Assembly: GCA_963707025.1 (NCBI GenBank)
Contig: CAVPOM010000005.1
Location: 288,001-352,000, forward strand
Reading direction: 5' to 3'
DNA from: an uncultured Verrucomicrobiae bacterium
GTDB lineage: Bacteria; Verrucomicrobiota; Verrucomicrobiia; Limisphaerales; Palsa-1400
DNA length: 64,000 nucleotides
Below, piece after piece: positions 20,133 through 31,103 of this stretch. Under the pieces are notes generated by a model, which had not been told where the DNA came from, ran no database searches, and saw nothing but the letters and a program-made list of their open reading frames with translations. Every line of letters begins with the position of its first letter. The first letter of the stretch is position 1. Made by a program: the position numbers and the translations under genes.

Positions 20133-22352
20133 ATGAAAACCGCCAGCGGCTTCTTTCCAGCCCTCGGCATTCTGGCGCTGGCTTTTTTCCAGCCGCGGCC
20201 AAGCCGCGCCGCGGACTGGCTGATTGATCCGTCGCCGTTTCGAGCTGCGATTGCGACCAACGCGGCCGACGGCGAAATCGTGATGGAAAACGGACTGGTC
20301 CGCCGCGTGTTCAAGCTGGCGCCGGACGCGGCAACGGTGGCGTTGGATAATTTGATGACAGGCCAGTCCATTCTGCGCTCGGTGCGGCCGGAGGCGCAGG
20401 TGGAGTTGGACGGGAAAAAATTTGACGTGGGCGGGCTGGCCGGCCAGCCCGTTCACAATTATTTGGATCCGGCGTGGCTGGCGCAGATGAAGGCCAACCC
20501 GGCCGCGTTTCATTTTGCGGGCTTGAAAACCGGCCGCACCGAGGCGCGCTTTCCCTGGCGGCAGCGCCACGAATGGCTGGCGCAAGCCGCGCCCTGGCCG
20601 CCGCCGGGCGTCGCCGCGACCCTGACGTTCGAGGCGCCCTCCAACCCCGGCGCGGTCGAGGTCGAACTGCATTATGAACTCTACGACGGCCTGCCGCTGA
20701 TGGCCAAATGGCTGACGGTTCGCAACGCCTCGCCCAAACCGGTCATGCTCAATTCCCTGATCGTCGAGCAGTTGGCCTTCGTCGAGGCCGAATCCATCGT
20801 GGACGGTTCCCCGGCCAATTTTCGCGCCAGCTATCGGGCGTTGGATGCGTTCAGCGATTATGCCTTCGGCGGCGACATGAGCGCCGCGGCGGACGCGCCC
20901 GCCATTCATTGGCGGAGCGATCCGCTTTACCAAACCCAGGTTCACTACGGCCTGGCCACCCCGTGCCTGTTGCAATGTTCGCCGCCCCTCGGGCCGCAGG
21001 CGGCCATCAAACCCGGCGAGACTTTTGCCTCGTTCCGCGTTTTCGAACTGGTCCACGACAGCACCGACCGCGAGCGGCGCGGACTGGCTGTGCGCCGCGC
21101 CTGGCGCGCCCTGGCGCCCTGGGCGCAGGAAAACCCCATGCTCATGCATGTGCGCAGCGCCGCGCCGGAGGCCGTGAAAACGGCCATTGACCAGTGCGCC
21201 GAAGTTGGTTTTGAGATGGTCATCATGACCTTCGGCAGCGGTTTCAACATCGAAAATGAGAACCCGGATTACCTGGCCGGGATCAAAGCCCTCGCCGACT
21301 ACGCCCGCGGCAAAGGGGTGGCTCTCGGCGGTTATTCCCTCCTGGCCAGCCGTTCGATTGACGCGGGCGACGACGTCATCAATCCGCAGACCGGCCAACC
21401 GGGCGGCGGGCGTTTCGGTTCTTCGCCTTGTCTGGGCAGCGTTTGGGGCGAAGATTATTTTCGCAAGCTCCGCCAGTTTTTCGAGCAGACCGGCTGCGCC
21501 GTGCTGGAGAACGACGGCTCCTATCCGGGCGATGTTTGCGCCTCGACCAATCATCCCGGCCACACCGGTCTGAACGATTCGCAATGGCAGCAGTGGAAGA
21601 TCATCAGCGATTTTTACCAGTGGTGCCGCGCGCGCGCCATTTATCTCAACGTGCCGGACTGGTACTTCCTGGCCGGTTCGAGCAAGACCGGGATGGGCTA
21701 CCGTGAATCCGACTGGTCCCTGCCCCGCGAGCAGCAGGAAATCATCGAGCGCCAGAACATTTACGATGGCACCTGGGAAAAAGCGCCCAGCATGGGCTGG
21801 ATGTTTGTGCCCCTGACCGAATATCACGGGGGCGGCGCGGCCGCCACCATCGAGCCGCTCCACGATCATCTCCAACATTACGCCACGCGCCTGGCCAATC
21901 TGTTCGGCGCGGGGGTGCAGGCCTGCTATCGCGGCCCGCGCCTTTTCGACACGGGCGAAACCAAGGCCCTGGTGAAAAACTGGGTGGATTTTTACAAGGC
22001 CCACCGCGCCATTCTCGACAGCGACCTCATCCACTTGCGTCGCGCCGACGGGCGGGATTGGGATGGCTGGCTGCATGTCAATCCCTCATTGCCGGAACGC
22101 GGCCTGGCCATGATTTACAATCCGCTCAACCAGCCGATTCAGCCCCGCCTCCGCCTGCCCCTTTATTACACCGGCCTGACCAACCGGGCGGTGATTCACT
22201 GGGAAGATGGACATTCGGAAACGGTCGCCCTGGCCCGCGATTACTCTGCGGAGGTAACCCTGCATATTCCCGCCCGCGGCCACGTTTGCCTCACGCTCAG
22301 CGCCCCGGATTCCAATCAACAAAAGCACGTGTCTGGCGAAGACTCAAAATAA
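20133..22352 (+). CDS. Secreted glycoside hydrolase-like protein (alpha-galactosidase/GH36-like)
   Basis: Signal peptide; AIDQCAEVGFEMVIMTFGSG and ENDGSYPGD in a TIM-barrel-like region; in an operon with GH29. Confidence 0.6.
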   Translation: MKTASGFFPALGILALAFFQPRPSRAADWLIDPSPFRAAIATNAADGEIVMENGLVRRVFKLAPDAATVALDNLMTGQSILRSVRPEAQVELDGKKFDVGGLAGQPVHNYLDPAWLAQMKANPAAFHFAGLKTGRTEARFPWRQRHEWLAQAAPWPPPGVAATLTFEAPSNPGAVEVELHYELYDGLPLMAKWLTVRNASPKPVMLNSLIVEQLAFVEAESIVDGSPANFRASYRALDAFSDYAFGGDMSAAADAPAIHWRSDPLYQTQVHYGLATPCLLQCSPPLGPQAAIKPGETFASFRVFELVHDSTDRERRGLAVRRAWRALAPWAQENPMLMHVRSAAPEAVKTAIDQCAEVGFEMVIMTFGSGFNIENENPDYLAGIKALADYARGKGVALGGYSLLASRSIDAGDDVINPQTGQPGGGRFGSSPCLGSVWGEDYFRKLRQFFEQTGCAVLENDGSYPGDVCASTNHPGHTGLNDSQWQQWKIISDFYQWCRARAIYLNVPDWYFLAGSSKTGMGYRESDWSLPREQQEIIERQNIYDGTWEKAPSMGWMFVPLTEYHGGGAAATIEPLHDHLQHYATRLANLFGAGVQACYRGPRLFDTGETKALVKNWVDFYKAHRAILDSDLIHLRRADGRDWDGWLHVNPSLPERGLAMIYNPLNQPIQPRLRLPLYYTGLTNRAVIHWEDGHSETVALARDYSAEVTLHIPARGHVCLTLSAPDSNQQKHVSGEDSK

Positions 22353-22370
22353 GCGCCCAGGAGATCCAAC

Positions 22371-23759
22371 ATGAAAATCACTTTGTCCCCTTGCAAATTG
22401 ACGGTCCTGCTCTTGGCCTGCCTGGGGGGGCTGTCCGTCCTGGCGCGCGCCCAGGAATCCAGTTGGACCAATGCCGCCTGGCGGGATGCCATGTGGGAGG
22501 CCCGCGGTTGCAGCAACGACGCGCGCGGCCAATGGTTCCGCGACGCCAAGTTCGGCGCCTTCATTCATTTCGGCATCTTTTCCCAATTGGGCGGATACTG
22601 GCATGGCCAGGGTCCTTACGACGCGGTGCAGATCATGGGCTTGGGCCAAAGAAGAGCGGTCATCCCGTGGGAGCAGTACAAGACCGAGGCCGGAGGCGCG
22701 TTCAACCCCGCAAAATTCAACGCCAAAGAGTGGGTCAGCCTGATCAAGAAAGCCGGCCAGAAGTATCTCATCGTCACCACCAAACACCACGACGGCTTCT
22801 GCATGTTTCACACCGCCACCACTTCCTACAACGTGGTGGAGGCCACTCCCTTCGCCCGCGACGTCATCAAGGAACTGGCCGACGAATGCAAAAGGCAGGG
22901 CATTGTCTTCTGCCCTTACTATTCCATCGGCGATTGGTCCGCCGCCAACGTCATGGACCCGAGATTCACCGATTACACCAACTACATGCGCGCCCAGTTG
23001 AAGGAACTGTTGAGCAGCTACGGCGACATCAAAATGCTCTGGTTCGATAACTATTGGTATGTCAACAATCAATGGAGAAACGACCTGCCCCACGCCAAGG
23101 AGCTCTACGCCTATGTCCGCTCCCTTAGTCCCAATACCCTGGTTAATGACCGCGTCGGCCGCGGCGTCGGTTCCACCGACGGCGATTACGCCACTCCCGA
23201 AAACCAGTTGCGAGGTTCGCGGCAAAGCCGTTACTTCGAAGTGGTGATGACCGACACCGAGGATGACAACTGGGGCTGGACCAGGACCGCCACCAACTAC
23301 CAGCGGCCGGCGGATTTGATCCGCAACTTGATAGACTGCGTGAGCAAGGGCGGCAATTTCGTGTTGAACGTCGGCCCCATGGCCAACGGCGAATTTCCGC
23401 CGCAACACCTGGCCATTATTGAGGCCCTGGGCAGCTGGACCTCCACCAACGGAGAAGCCATTTATGGCACCGTCCCCGTCCCCGAGTGTTCTGTGGATAA
23501 AACCAACGATTTCCAATGTTACGCCACCAAGAATTCCAAGAATACTTTTCTCCTGGTGACCCGCTGGCCGTCGCCGGGCAGCGAAGGGATGGTGCGCATC
23601 GCCCGCCCCGGCCTGGTCAAGGTGGAGATGCTGGACGCTTCCTTGGGCAAGTTGGACTACGCCAGCGCCGTCGAGGAAAACGCCACCGTCCTAAAAATCA
23701 AACAACCGGCCAGGACCAATCCCTACGCCACCGTGTTGAAATTGACTTTCACCGATTGA
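22371..23759 (+). CDS. Alpha-L-fucosidase (GH29)
   Basis: WFRDAKFGAFIHFG, TTKHHDGF, LWFD, VSKGGNFVLNVGP. Confidence 0.93.
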   Translation: MKITLSPCKLTVLLLACLGGLSVLARAQESSWTNAAWRDAMWEARGCSNDARGQWFRDAKFGAFIHFGIFSQLGGYWHGQGPYDAVQIMGLGQRRAVIPWEQYKTEAGGAFNPAKFNAKEWVSLIKKAGQKYLIVTTKHHDGFCMFHTATTSYNVVEATPFARDVIKELADECKRQGIVFCPYYSIGDWSAANVMDPRFTDYTNYMRAQLKELLSSYGDIKMLWFDNYWYVNNQWRNDLPHAKELYAYVRSLSPNTLVNDRVGRGVGSTDGDYATPENQLRGSRQSRYFEVVMTDTEDDNWGWTRTATNYQRPADLIRNLIDCVSKGGNFVLNVGPMANGEFPPQHLAIIEALGSWTSTNGEAIYGTVPVPECSVDKTNDFQCYATKNSKNTFLLVTRWPSPGSEGMVRIARPGLVKVEMLDASLGKLDYASAVEENATVLKIKQPARTNPYATVLKLTFTD

Positions 23760-23812
23760 TCTTCGCCGATCTGTTAGAACGAAATCCGCCACAACACCGT
23801 CCGTCTTTCCAG

Positions 23813-24415
23813 TTAATGGGCCGCAAACGCCCGGGGTTGAGACCAGGCAGGGTCCGACCATGCCATGCCCAGAACCCACAATAGCGCAAAGGGCACCGCG
23901 CCGAGCAGGGAAATCATCGCCGAACCGAAAAGAATCCCGGATGGAGGGGAGCCGTTTTGGAATACGACGTTATACAAGAATGCGGCGAGCGCCTTAAGAA
24001 CAAAACACCCCAGGCAGGTTGAAGAGAGCGCCGACCCGAGCGGATGAGGAGAGGACCGACGAACAGAATAGCCCCATTGCACCACCAGGCCGTAAAGAAG
24101 GCCCATCACAAGCGGAGCCCAGAACGGCAGCACGGGCGGGCCAAAGTCATATCGCTTCATCCCGGCGCAGGCCTGCGAAACCGCCGCCATCAAGACTCCT
24201 CCGAGCAGGCCCGAAACCAGGCCCGCTTCTATAATTTGGCGGCGTGTTGGCTCCGCGCCCTGTTTTTGCTGGAGGCGCCCCAACCAAATCGCGCCCGCCG
24301 CCAGGCTCATGCCCAGCACACCGCCCATCAGCCCGTTGGGAATAAGCCAGATCAACCCGCTGAGGATTCCCGCAGTCGTCCCCACCACCAGCATTTTAAT
24401 GTATCGAACCGTCAT
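23813..24415 (-). CDS. Hypothetical Gly-rich multi-pass membrane protein
   Basis: About 6 TM segments; ATG overlaps the radical SAM stop codon. Confidence 0.7.
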   Translation of the reverse strand: MTVRYIKMLVVGTTAGILSGLIWLIPNGLMGGVLGMSLAAGAIWLGRLQQKQGAEPTRRQIIEAGLVSGLLGGVLMAAVSQACAGMKRYDFGPPVLPFWAPLVMGLLYGLVVQWGYSVRRSSPHPLGSALSSTCLGCFVLKALAAFLYNVVFQNGSPPSGILFGSAMISLLGAVPFALLWVLGMAWSDPAWSQPRAFAAH

Positions 24416-25707
24416 CAATACTCCTTTCCGCCGGCTACCAGTTGAAAATAGTCCGGCAAAGGCTCCCGTCCCGCCTCGGCGCACACCCGGCAGCTCTTGT
24501 CAGGCGGCAATGGATAGCGTCCCTGCCCGTGCTTGAGCAGCAGCGGATAGTGGGCCTGAACGAAACAATGCCGGCGTGGATTGCCCATCGCCTCGGACAT
24601 CCGGCTCCAGATGGCATCGAGCGGCTCGCGGGCGGCATTGCCGAAGCTCATGGCCGTGAAATCGCACGGACAGACTTCGCCTGCTGCGTCTATGAATAAG
24701 TGTTGCGTGCCGGCACCGCAGCCGAACAACTCGGGACTTTCAATCTGGTTGAACGCGCAGACCTTGGGCCGGAGCCTTTTGCGATTGGCTTCGACATGAA
24801 ATCGCCGAAGGGCCGCGACGTGTTGGGCTGTCAGCAGGGAATCTCCTTCTCCCTTGGCCAGCAAGCCACAGGGCATCGGCTCGACCAGGCGCAGTTCGTC
24901 CGCGCCGCATTGCCTCGCCAGGCCGTGCATCGCCGGCAACAATCCCTCCTCAACCAAAGCGCGTGTGGCCACCGTCCCCACCATGGTGTAAAAGCCGCTC
25001 TCCCGCGCCAGCCTCAACGCCAGGCAAGCCGCGGCATGGGCGCCTGGCATCCCGCGCAAACGGTCGTGCCCGGCGGGGGAAGGATGATCCAGGCTGATGC
25101 ACACCGACCACAGCCCGGCCTTCTTCAACTCCCTTAACAAGGGCAAATTCACGCCGCTGCCCGAACTGAACACAATCGTGGCTGCGCCGCCCGCGCTGGC
25201 CGCACTGACCAATTGCGGCAAATCCCCGCGCGAGGCAGGTTCCCCGCCGGTAAAGCCTATGATGCTTGCGCCCAGTCGGTGCAGCTCACCAATGATCTTC
25301 AACCACTGCCCGGTTGGCAGGTCGCCTCCAGGCCGGTTCCTATAACTACAGTGCCAACAGCGATACTGGCATTCACCTGTCACGGCCAGAAAGGCCGATA
25401 CTGGACTGAGGCGCCGGCCCGAAAGCAGGTTCTCGAACATCCGGTCAAAGGCTGGGCCAGGAAAGGGGGGCAGAAACGAATTGATCACCCATTGTCCGTC
25501 GTGCCTTGTGAGTTGCTCCCCCTCCAGCAAACGATGCATGAAAACCAGCCCCTTGCTGCCCGGAAGCCGGCGGTCGAGGGACTTCCCGATTTCCTTGGGC
25601 AAGCGCTGCCTTCCCTGCCGGCTCAACTGCGCCAGCACCTGTCGCGGCACCGTCGTCACCCGCCGATCCAGCAGGATTCGCAGCAGTTGAAGGTATTGGC
25701 GGATCAT
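24415..25707 (-). CDS. Radical SAM/SPASM-domain protein
   Basis: CQYRCWHC, FTGGEP, GCGAG...GEVCPCDF. Confidence 0.9.
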   Translation of the reverse strand: MIRQYLQLLRILLDRRVTTVPRQVLAQLSRQGRQRLPKEIGKSLDRRLPGSKGLVFMHRLLEGEQLTRHDGQWVINSFLPPFPGPAFDRMFENLLSGRRLSPVSAFLAVTGECQYRCWHCSYRNRPGGDLPTGQWLKIIGELHRLGASIIGFTGGEPASRGDLPQLVSAASAGGAATIVFSSGSGVNLPLLRELKKAGLWSVCISLDHPSPAGHDRLRGMPGAHAAACLALRLARESGFYTMVGTVATRALVEEGLLPAMHGLARQCGADELRLVEPMPCGLLAKGEGDSLLTAQHVAALRRFHVEANRKRLRPKVCAFNQIESPELFGCGAGTQHLFIDAAGEVCPCDFTAMSFGNAAREPLDAIWSRMSEAMGNPRRHCFVQAHYPLLLKHGQGRYPLPPDKSCRVCAEAGREPLPDYFQLVAGGKEY

Positions 25708-26666
25708 TTTCTTTGGGCGATGGCCATGGCGAAATGGTGGAAAATGGCATCCCGCTCCGGTGCCAGTTGCTCCTCGAAATAAGCGGCCGCCAGCCCGGAG
25801 AGGTCCAGCATGCTATCGAAGCCGGCCAGAATGCCGGTTTGCCGCAGCCAGGGCAGGAGCAGGCCCTCCGGACATTCGATGTGTTTCCGGCCTTCCTGGC
25901 GCCAGATCACGTTGCATTGCGCCTTTTCCAGGGCTTCCTCCAGGCAAAGCCAATCCTTGGGAAAGCGTGGGATCGCTGCCAGCCGAACCTGGCCGGGAAA
26001 CCGCAGCATGCATTGCTGGAAAGCCCTGAATACCGGAGCCAGCGTATCCCGGTAGTTGACGATGAAAGCCAGCAGTCCTCCCTGGCACAGCAAGGCCCCG
26101 CAGCGGTCAATCAAACGGGCAGGATGCGAGTAGCCCAAAGCCCATGTGGACAAGATAAGTGAAGGGGGGGCAGCCTCCCACGCTTGAACAAATTCGAGCA
26201 TGTCGCACACCACGCAACGCAGGTTCGACGGCGCCCCGGCCCCGGCCCGGGACAACATCTCCTTCGAGATGTCCACCGCCATGATCTGCGCCGCTGGATT
26301 GGTCTGTGCCAGGCGCTTGGCGCAATAACCTGTGCCGGCACCCAGATCCACGATGACGCCCGACAAGCCGCACGGCAGCCGTCCCAACAGGTCATCGGTA
26401 GCGTTGCGCAGATGGCACAGCCACACCCGGTCGTAAGTCGGGGCCACCCCGTCGTAGCCGGCGGCTATCTCGCCGGCTCCCAGCCACCGCCCTCGCAAGG
26501 CCAACCCGGCAACCCTGGCATTGAGCCGCGCCAGTTGCAGCATTCGGCTCATACCGGCCCGCAGCCGCTGACCGCCAGTAAAACCATCGCCAGAAGCATC
26601 AAGCCCAGCCGTTTGCAGCATGTCGTGATTAGATTCATGTCTCCAGCATAAAGGACTCTTCTTCAC
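25704..26666 (-). CDS. Class I SAM-dependent methyltransferase
   Basis: VDLGAGTG, VDISKEML; ATGA overlap with the radical SAM gene. Confidence 0.85.
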   Translation of the reverse strand: MKKSPLCWRHESNHDMLQTAGLDASGDGFTGGQRLRAGMSRMLQLARLNARVAGLALRGRWLGAGEIAAGYDGVAPTYDRVWLCHLRNATDDLLGRLPCGLSGVIVDLGAGTGYCAKRLAQTNPAAQIMAVDISKEMLSRAGAGAPSNLRCVVCDMLEFVQAWEAAPPSLILSTWALGYSHPARLIDRCGALLCQGGLLAFIVNYRDTLAPVFRAFQQCMLRFPGQVRLAAIPRFPKDWLCLEEALEKAQCNVIWRQEGRKHIECPEGLLLPWLRQTGILAGFDSMLDLSGLAAAYFEEQLAPERDAIFHHFAMAIAQRK

Positions 26667-27039
26667 AACGCTAATTGAAAAAAGTGATGCTTACATTGAT
26701 TTTCTTTGAGCATGGCGCAGCAGGTTCGACTTGGAACCGCACCCAAGCTCTCCAATCAAGGCCTTTTCCCCCTGCCCTGCCACAGCAAAGAATGACAACG
26801 CATCAGTCATGTTAGGCAGGGCAGCCAGTCCCCTGCCCTGCCCGGCCATGACTGGCGCAGGGCGTGACAATCCAGGCCTGCGGCATCCAGCCCTGCGTGA
26901 GCATCGCTCCCGAGCCCACCAGCCATATTTTTCGGGCGGTTTGACAAAATAGGGTTGGTGTATGCCAAGAAACGGCTTTTGCGGCCCACCGGCGGCGCGC
27001 TACCTTTTGCCAGTTGTTTAAATCATTTAAAAATGAAAC

Positions 27040-28326
27040 ATGATTAATCGCTTCGTCAAATGCTTCGGCTCGCTGCGGCTCACCCTCGTTTGTCTGTGCC
27101 TGGCGGTGGTGCTGGTGTTCGCAGGAACCCTCGCCCAGGTCCGCCTTGGCCTTTATGTGGTGCAGTCGGAATTCTTCCGCAGTTTCTTGATTTATTGGAC
27201 GCCCGGAGGCGGCCATTGGCGCATCCCGGTTTTTCCAGGAGGCTGGACGATTGGGGTGGTTCTGCTGGTCAATCTTCTGTGCGCCCACATTCAACGGTTC
27301 CAGTTCAGCCGCCGAAAAATCGGGCTGCTCCTGGTTCACGCGGGACTGATTCTTTTGCTGGCCGGCTTCTTTTTCACCGAAGTTTTCCAGATCGAAAGCC
27401 AGATGCGCATTGCCGTGGGCGAATCGAAAAACTACGCGGAGGACAGCCGCCGCAATGAATTGGTCGTGCTGGATGTCACCAATCCCGGTCAGGACAAGGT
27501 GGTGGCGATTCCTCAAGACCTTCTGCAACAGGGCGGCGAAATTCGCCCGCCGGGTCTGCCCTTTGCCTTGCGCGTCAAACATTATCTGCCCAACTCCCAG
27601 CCGGCCGGTCCCATGTCCGGCCAAGGCGAAAAACTCAAGGCCGGCAACGGTCTCGGCCAGCGCCTGCTCTTCACGGCAGCGCCCCTGGCGGGCCGGCTGG
27701 ACGACGAAAACAAGCCGGCGGCGCTGATCCAGGTCGTGGCCGGCCAGCAGGTCGTTGGGGACTGGACGGTTTCGACCTGGCTGACCAAACGTCCGTGGTC
27801 CACGCTATTGCAGGAACAATTTGGGCCGTTTTTGGGCGTTCCGCTGGACGGGTCGCAGGCCTTCGCCTGGGCCGGCCGCCTTTATCAAATCGCCCTGCGC
27901 CCGGTTCGCTATTACAAGCCTTACACCATCGCCTTGTTGGAATTCCGGCACGATGTGTATGCGGGCACCGACATTCCGAGCAATTTTTCCAGCAGAATTC
28001 ACCTGAAGGATCCGGCCCGCGGCGAGGATCGCGACGTGGTGATTCGCATGAACAGCCCGTTGCGTTATGGTGGCGAGGCCTACTACCAGTCCAGCTTTGA
28101 ACCGGGCGACCAAGTGACGATTTTGGAGGTGGTTCGCAACCCGGCGGCCATCACGCCCTACGTGGCCTGCCTGCTCATCGCCGCCGGCCTGGTGGCGCAA
28201 TTCCTCACGCATCTGCTTGGTTTTGCCAGAAAACAGGCGCGCTCCGCAGCCCCGCTCCGGCAGGCCGCGAAGGCGCGTGAATCCTTGGCAGAACCGGCAC
28301 TGGCTGCCGGAAGGAGTGATGCATGA
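27040..28326 (+). CDS. resB: Cytochrome c biogenesis ResB/CcsB-like protein
   Basis: SLRLTLVCL, GLLLVHAGLILL, IRMNSPLRYGG; overlaps ccsA. Confidence 0.85.
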   Translation: MINRFVKCFGSLRLTLVCLCLAVVLVFAGTLAQVRLGLYVVQSEFFRSFLIYWTPGGGHWRIPVFPGGWTIGVVLLVNLLCAHIQRFQFSRRKIGLLLVHAGLILLLAGFFFTEVFQIESQMRIAVGESKNYAEDSRRNELVVLDVTNPGQDKVVAIPQDLLQQGGEIRPPGLPFALRVKHYLPNSQPAGPMSGQGEKLKAGNGLGQRLLFTAAPLAGRLDDENKPAALIQVVAGQQVVGDWTVSTWLTKRPWSTLLQEQFGPFLGVPLDGSQAFAWAGRLYQIALRPVRYYKPYTIALLEFRHDVYAGTDIPSNFSSRIHLKDPARGEDRDVVIRMNSPLRYGGEAYYQSSFEPGDQVTILEVVRNPAAITPYVACLLIAAGLVAQFLTHLLGFARKQARSAAPLRQAAKARESLAEPALAAGRSDA

Positions 28327-30197
28327 AAAAGTGGTTTCCCTGGATTTTTGCCGCCGTTTTTGCCCTCTGGTTCTTGTCCGGCGCGCAACCGCCCAAGCCG
28401 GTTGACGGATTCGATGTGGCCGCCTTCGGACGGCTGCCGGTGCTGCTCAATGGCCGCATCCAGCCGTTTGATTCCTTGGCGCGCAACTCCCTGCTCAGCA
28501 TGAGCGGGCGCTCGACCGTGCGGCTGGCCGGCGGGCAGAGCCTGTCCGCCACGCAGTGGTTGCTGGAGACGATGGCCAAACCCGATCTGGCCAATCAACG
28601 AAAAGTTTTTCGCGTGCAACATCCCGACCTGCAAGGTTTGCTCGGCTCCGAAGAGCAAGGCTTGCGCTATTACTCCTTCAACGATCTGACCAATCAACTC
28701 GATGCCCTCCAAACCAACGCGCTCCAACTGCAGGACGCCGAAAGCACGCTGGGGGAGGAGGCGCAAAAGAAGCGCGATCCGTATCAGAGGGACCTCATGC
28801 ATTTGTTGGACAGCTTGTCGCTGTACGACCGCCTCAAGTGCGATCTCGGTCCCCCGGACACCGGGGATTTCCAAACGGAGCTTCAGATTTATGGGCAAAC
28901 CAGGAGCGCGGCTGGCGGCGCGGGGAAACAAGCCGGGGCGACCAACTCAGCCGGGGCGGACAACCTGCGCCTGCTGGAGGAATTCCAGCAGCGCTACGCC
29001 CGCGTGGCCGCGTTCTCCTACGCCAGGGCCGTGCCGCCATTGGCCGGGCAGCCGCGCAATTGGTGGATGAGTGTCGGGTCCAGCTTGACCAATTCCGCGG
29101 AGATTCATCCGGCGGTGAAGTTTCTGGCGGCCATGGCCACAGCTTACCGCCAGGAAAAGCCGGCGGACTTCGACCAGGCGGTGGCGGGGTATCGCGTCTG
29201 GCTGCAGGAAAATAGCCTTGACCCAGAACTGAAAAAGGGCGGGCAGGAATTTTTCTTCAACCAAATTGAGCCGTTTTACAAGAGCATGGTGATCTATATC
29301 GCCGCCGTCATCCTCGGGTGCTGCTTCTGGATCAATCTGTCCGAACCCGTGCGGCGAACCGGGTTCGCGCTGCTGGCGCTGGCCTTTGTCATCCATACCG
29401 TTGGGCTTGGCTTCCGCATGTGCCTGGAAGGCCGGCCGCCGGTAACCAATTTGTATTCGTCGGCCATCTTTATAGGCTGGGGTGCAGTGGCGCTGGGCAT
29501 GATCCTGGAGCGGGTTTTTAAGGGCGGCATCGGTTTGGTGGCATCCGGTCTGATCGGATTCACCACTTTGATCATTGCGCACCATCTGGCCTTGAGCGGC
29601 GACACCATGGAAATGTTGCGCGCGGTGCTGGACACCAATCTGTGGCTGTCCACCCATGTGGTGGTCATCACCATCGGCTATGCCTCGATGTTTGTGGGCG
29701 GATTGCTGGCCGCCATCTACATCGCGCGCGGTTTCTTTACGCGCACGCTTTCGCCTGGAACAGCCCGCGCGCTGGCCCGGATGGTCTATGGCATTATTTG
29801 TTTCGCCACGCTGACCAGTTTCACCGGAACGATTTTGGGAGGAATTTGGGCCGACCAAAGCTGGGGCCGCTTCTGGGGCTGGGACCCCAAGGAGAATGGA
29901 GCTTTGCTGATTGTGCTCTGGAACGCCATCATCCTGCACGCCCGCTGGGGCGGGGTCATCAAGGAACGCGGGTTGATGGCCCTGGCAGTGGGCGGCAACA
30001 TCGTGACCAGCTTCTCCTGGTTCGGCGTCAACATGCTCGGCGTCGGCCTCCATTCTTACGGCTTCATGGACAAAGCCTTCTTCTGGCTCATGCTCTTCGA
30101 TGCCAGCCAGGCCGCGCTCATCGTCGTGGCGCTGACTCCGGCAAGATTCTGGGCCAGCTTCAGGCCGCGGCCCACCGCAATTCCAGTCCCGGCATAG
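28323..30197 (+). CDS. ccsA: Cytochrome c biogenesis protein CcsA
   Basis: WWD domain WADQSWGRFWGWDPKE, GLHSY. Confidence 0.93.
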   Translation: MKKWFPWIFAAVFALWFLSGAQPPKPVDGFDVAAFGRLPVLLNGRIQPFDSLARNSLLSMSGRSTVRLAGGQSLSATQWLLETMAKPDLANQRKVFRVQHPDLQGLLGSEEQGLRYYSFNDLTNQLDALQTNALQLQDAESTLGEEAQKKRDPYQRDLMHLLDSLSLYDRLKCDLGPPDTGDFQTELQIYGQTRSAAGGAGKQAGATNSAGADNLRLLEEFQQRYARVAAFSYARAVPPLAGQPRNWWMSVGSSLTNSAEIHPAVKFLAAMATAYRQEKPADFDQAVAGYRVWLQENSLDPELKKGGQEFFFNQIEPFYKSMVIYIAAVILGCCFWINLSEPVRRTGFALLALAFVIHTVGLGFRMCLEGRPPVTNLYSSAIFIGWGAVALGMILERVFKGGIGLVASGLIGFTTLIIAHHLALSGDTMEMLRAVLDTNLWLSTHVVVITIGYASMFVGGLLAAIYIARGFFTRTLSPGTARALARMVYGIICFATLTSFTGTILGGIWADQSWGRFWGWDPKENGALLIVLWNAIILHARWGGVIKERGLMALAVGGNIVTSFSWFGVNMLGVGLHSYGFMDKAFFWLMLFDASQAALIVVALTPARFWASFRPRPTAIPVPA

Positions 30198-30770
30198 AAT
30201 CCCGCACAGGAGGGTCAATCGTTGAGCGGACCTTCGTAATACGAACCGGCCGAATACCGGAACAGGCGTTCGGCCAACGTCCGATCAGTCGGCAGCGCCG
30301 CAGCCGCGACAGTCGCAACGGGCGCCTTCCCCCTGAGAACTGGATCCGTCTTGGTGAGATTATTTTGCCTTGTTCCCGGCTGTTCAACATTGCCGCGCAC
30401 GGGGGCAGATTCACCGGCCCACCCGGCGGTCCGATGGGGCGCCGATAAAAGTAGTAGTCGTGACGTGCTCATTGAGACATTTTACGGTTCCATCCTCCAT
30501 TGCGCAAGCCAAAACTTGGCAAATATCCCTGTCATTTTGCCGCCCCGATCTTGCCAAATCAAAAGCAGCCAAAGGCCATTGCCTGCCTTGCTTCCAAAAC
30601 AGCAGAGGCCGGAATTTGTCAGAAAGATGGGGTCAGAAATATCGGCCTTTTGATGGCGCGGCAAACCCCGCCTTGGTCCCTGTCGCTGTCTGACTTTGGG
30701 GGGCCTGCAAGTGTGGGTGGCGACTTGTTCGACGCCGACTCATGCAGGCAGGGTGAGGTGCGCCACACCC

Positions 30771-30846
30771 GTTACACCGTTACAGTTGTTGATTATCAAC
30801 GGTTTACGAAAACTGCCCCCGTTACACCCCGTTACATTTGGTTACA
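30771..30846. repeat. GTTACA repeats around a palindrome
   Basis: GTTACA at 30771, 30779, 30821, 30831, 30841; gttgat-t-atcaac at 30788-30800. Confidence 0.7.
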
Positions 30847-31012
30847 TCCAACTTATCCGCTTCCAAGGAACCCTCCGCATTTTGTGGGTTCCTTGGCACT
30901 ATGCACCGCATATTGTGGTTGGGGTTTACGGAGGACGGGGAAGGGCGGCGGAAGGCCGTTGGGGCGCGGTTTCTCAGGGCGCTGGCATCGCACGGGTGTC
31001 ATGGTGAGAGGG

Positions 31013-31102
31013 TATATTGGGCCTGGATAGACCCGTATATAACTCAATGATTTACAGGCTATTACGCATTGTCTTGGGCAAATGTATGGTCTGACCCCTT
31101 GC
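31013..31102 (+). repeat. Direct repeat copy 1 (~90 bp)
   Basis: 31021-31102 vs 35241-35322: 7 mismatches in 82 bp, no gaps. Confidence 0.92.
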
Positions 31103-31103
31103 A

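Noticed and set aside
30200..31030. Short ORFs between ccsA and the island
   Set aside because: No recognisable motifs; they overlap repeats
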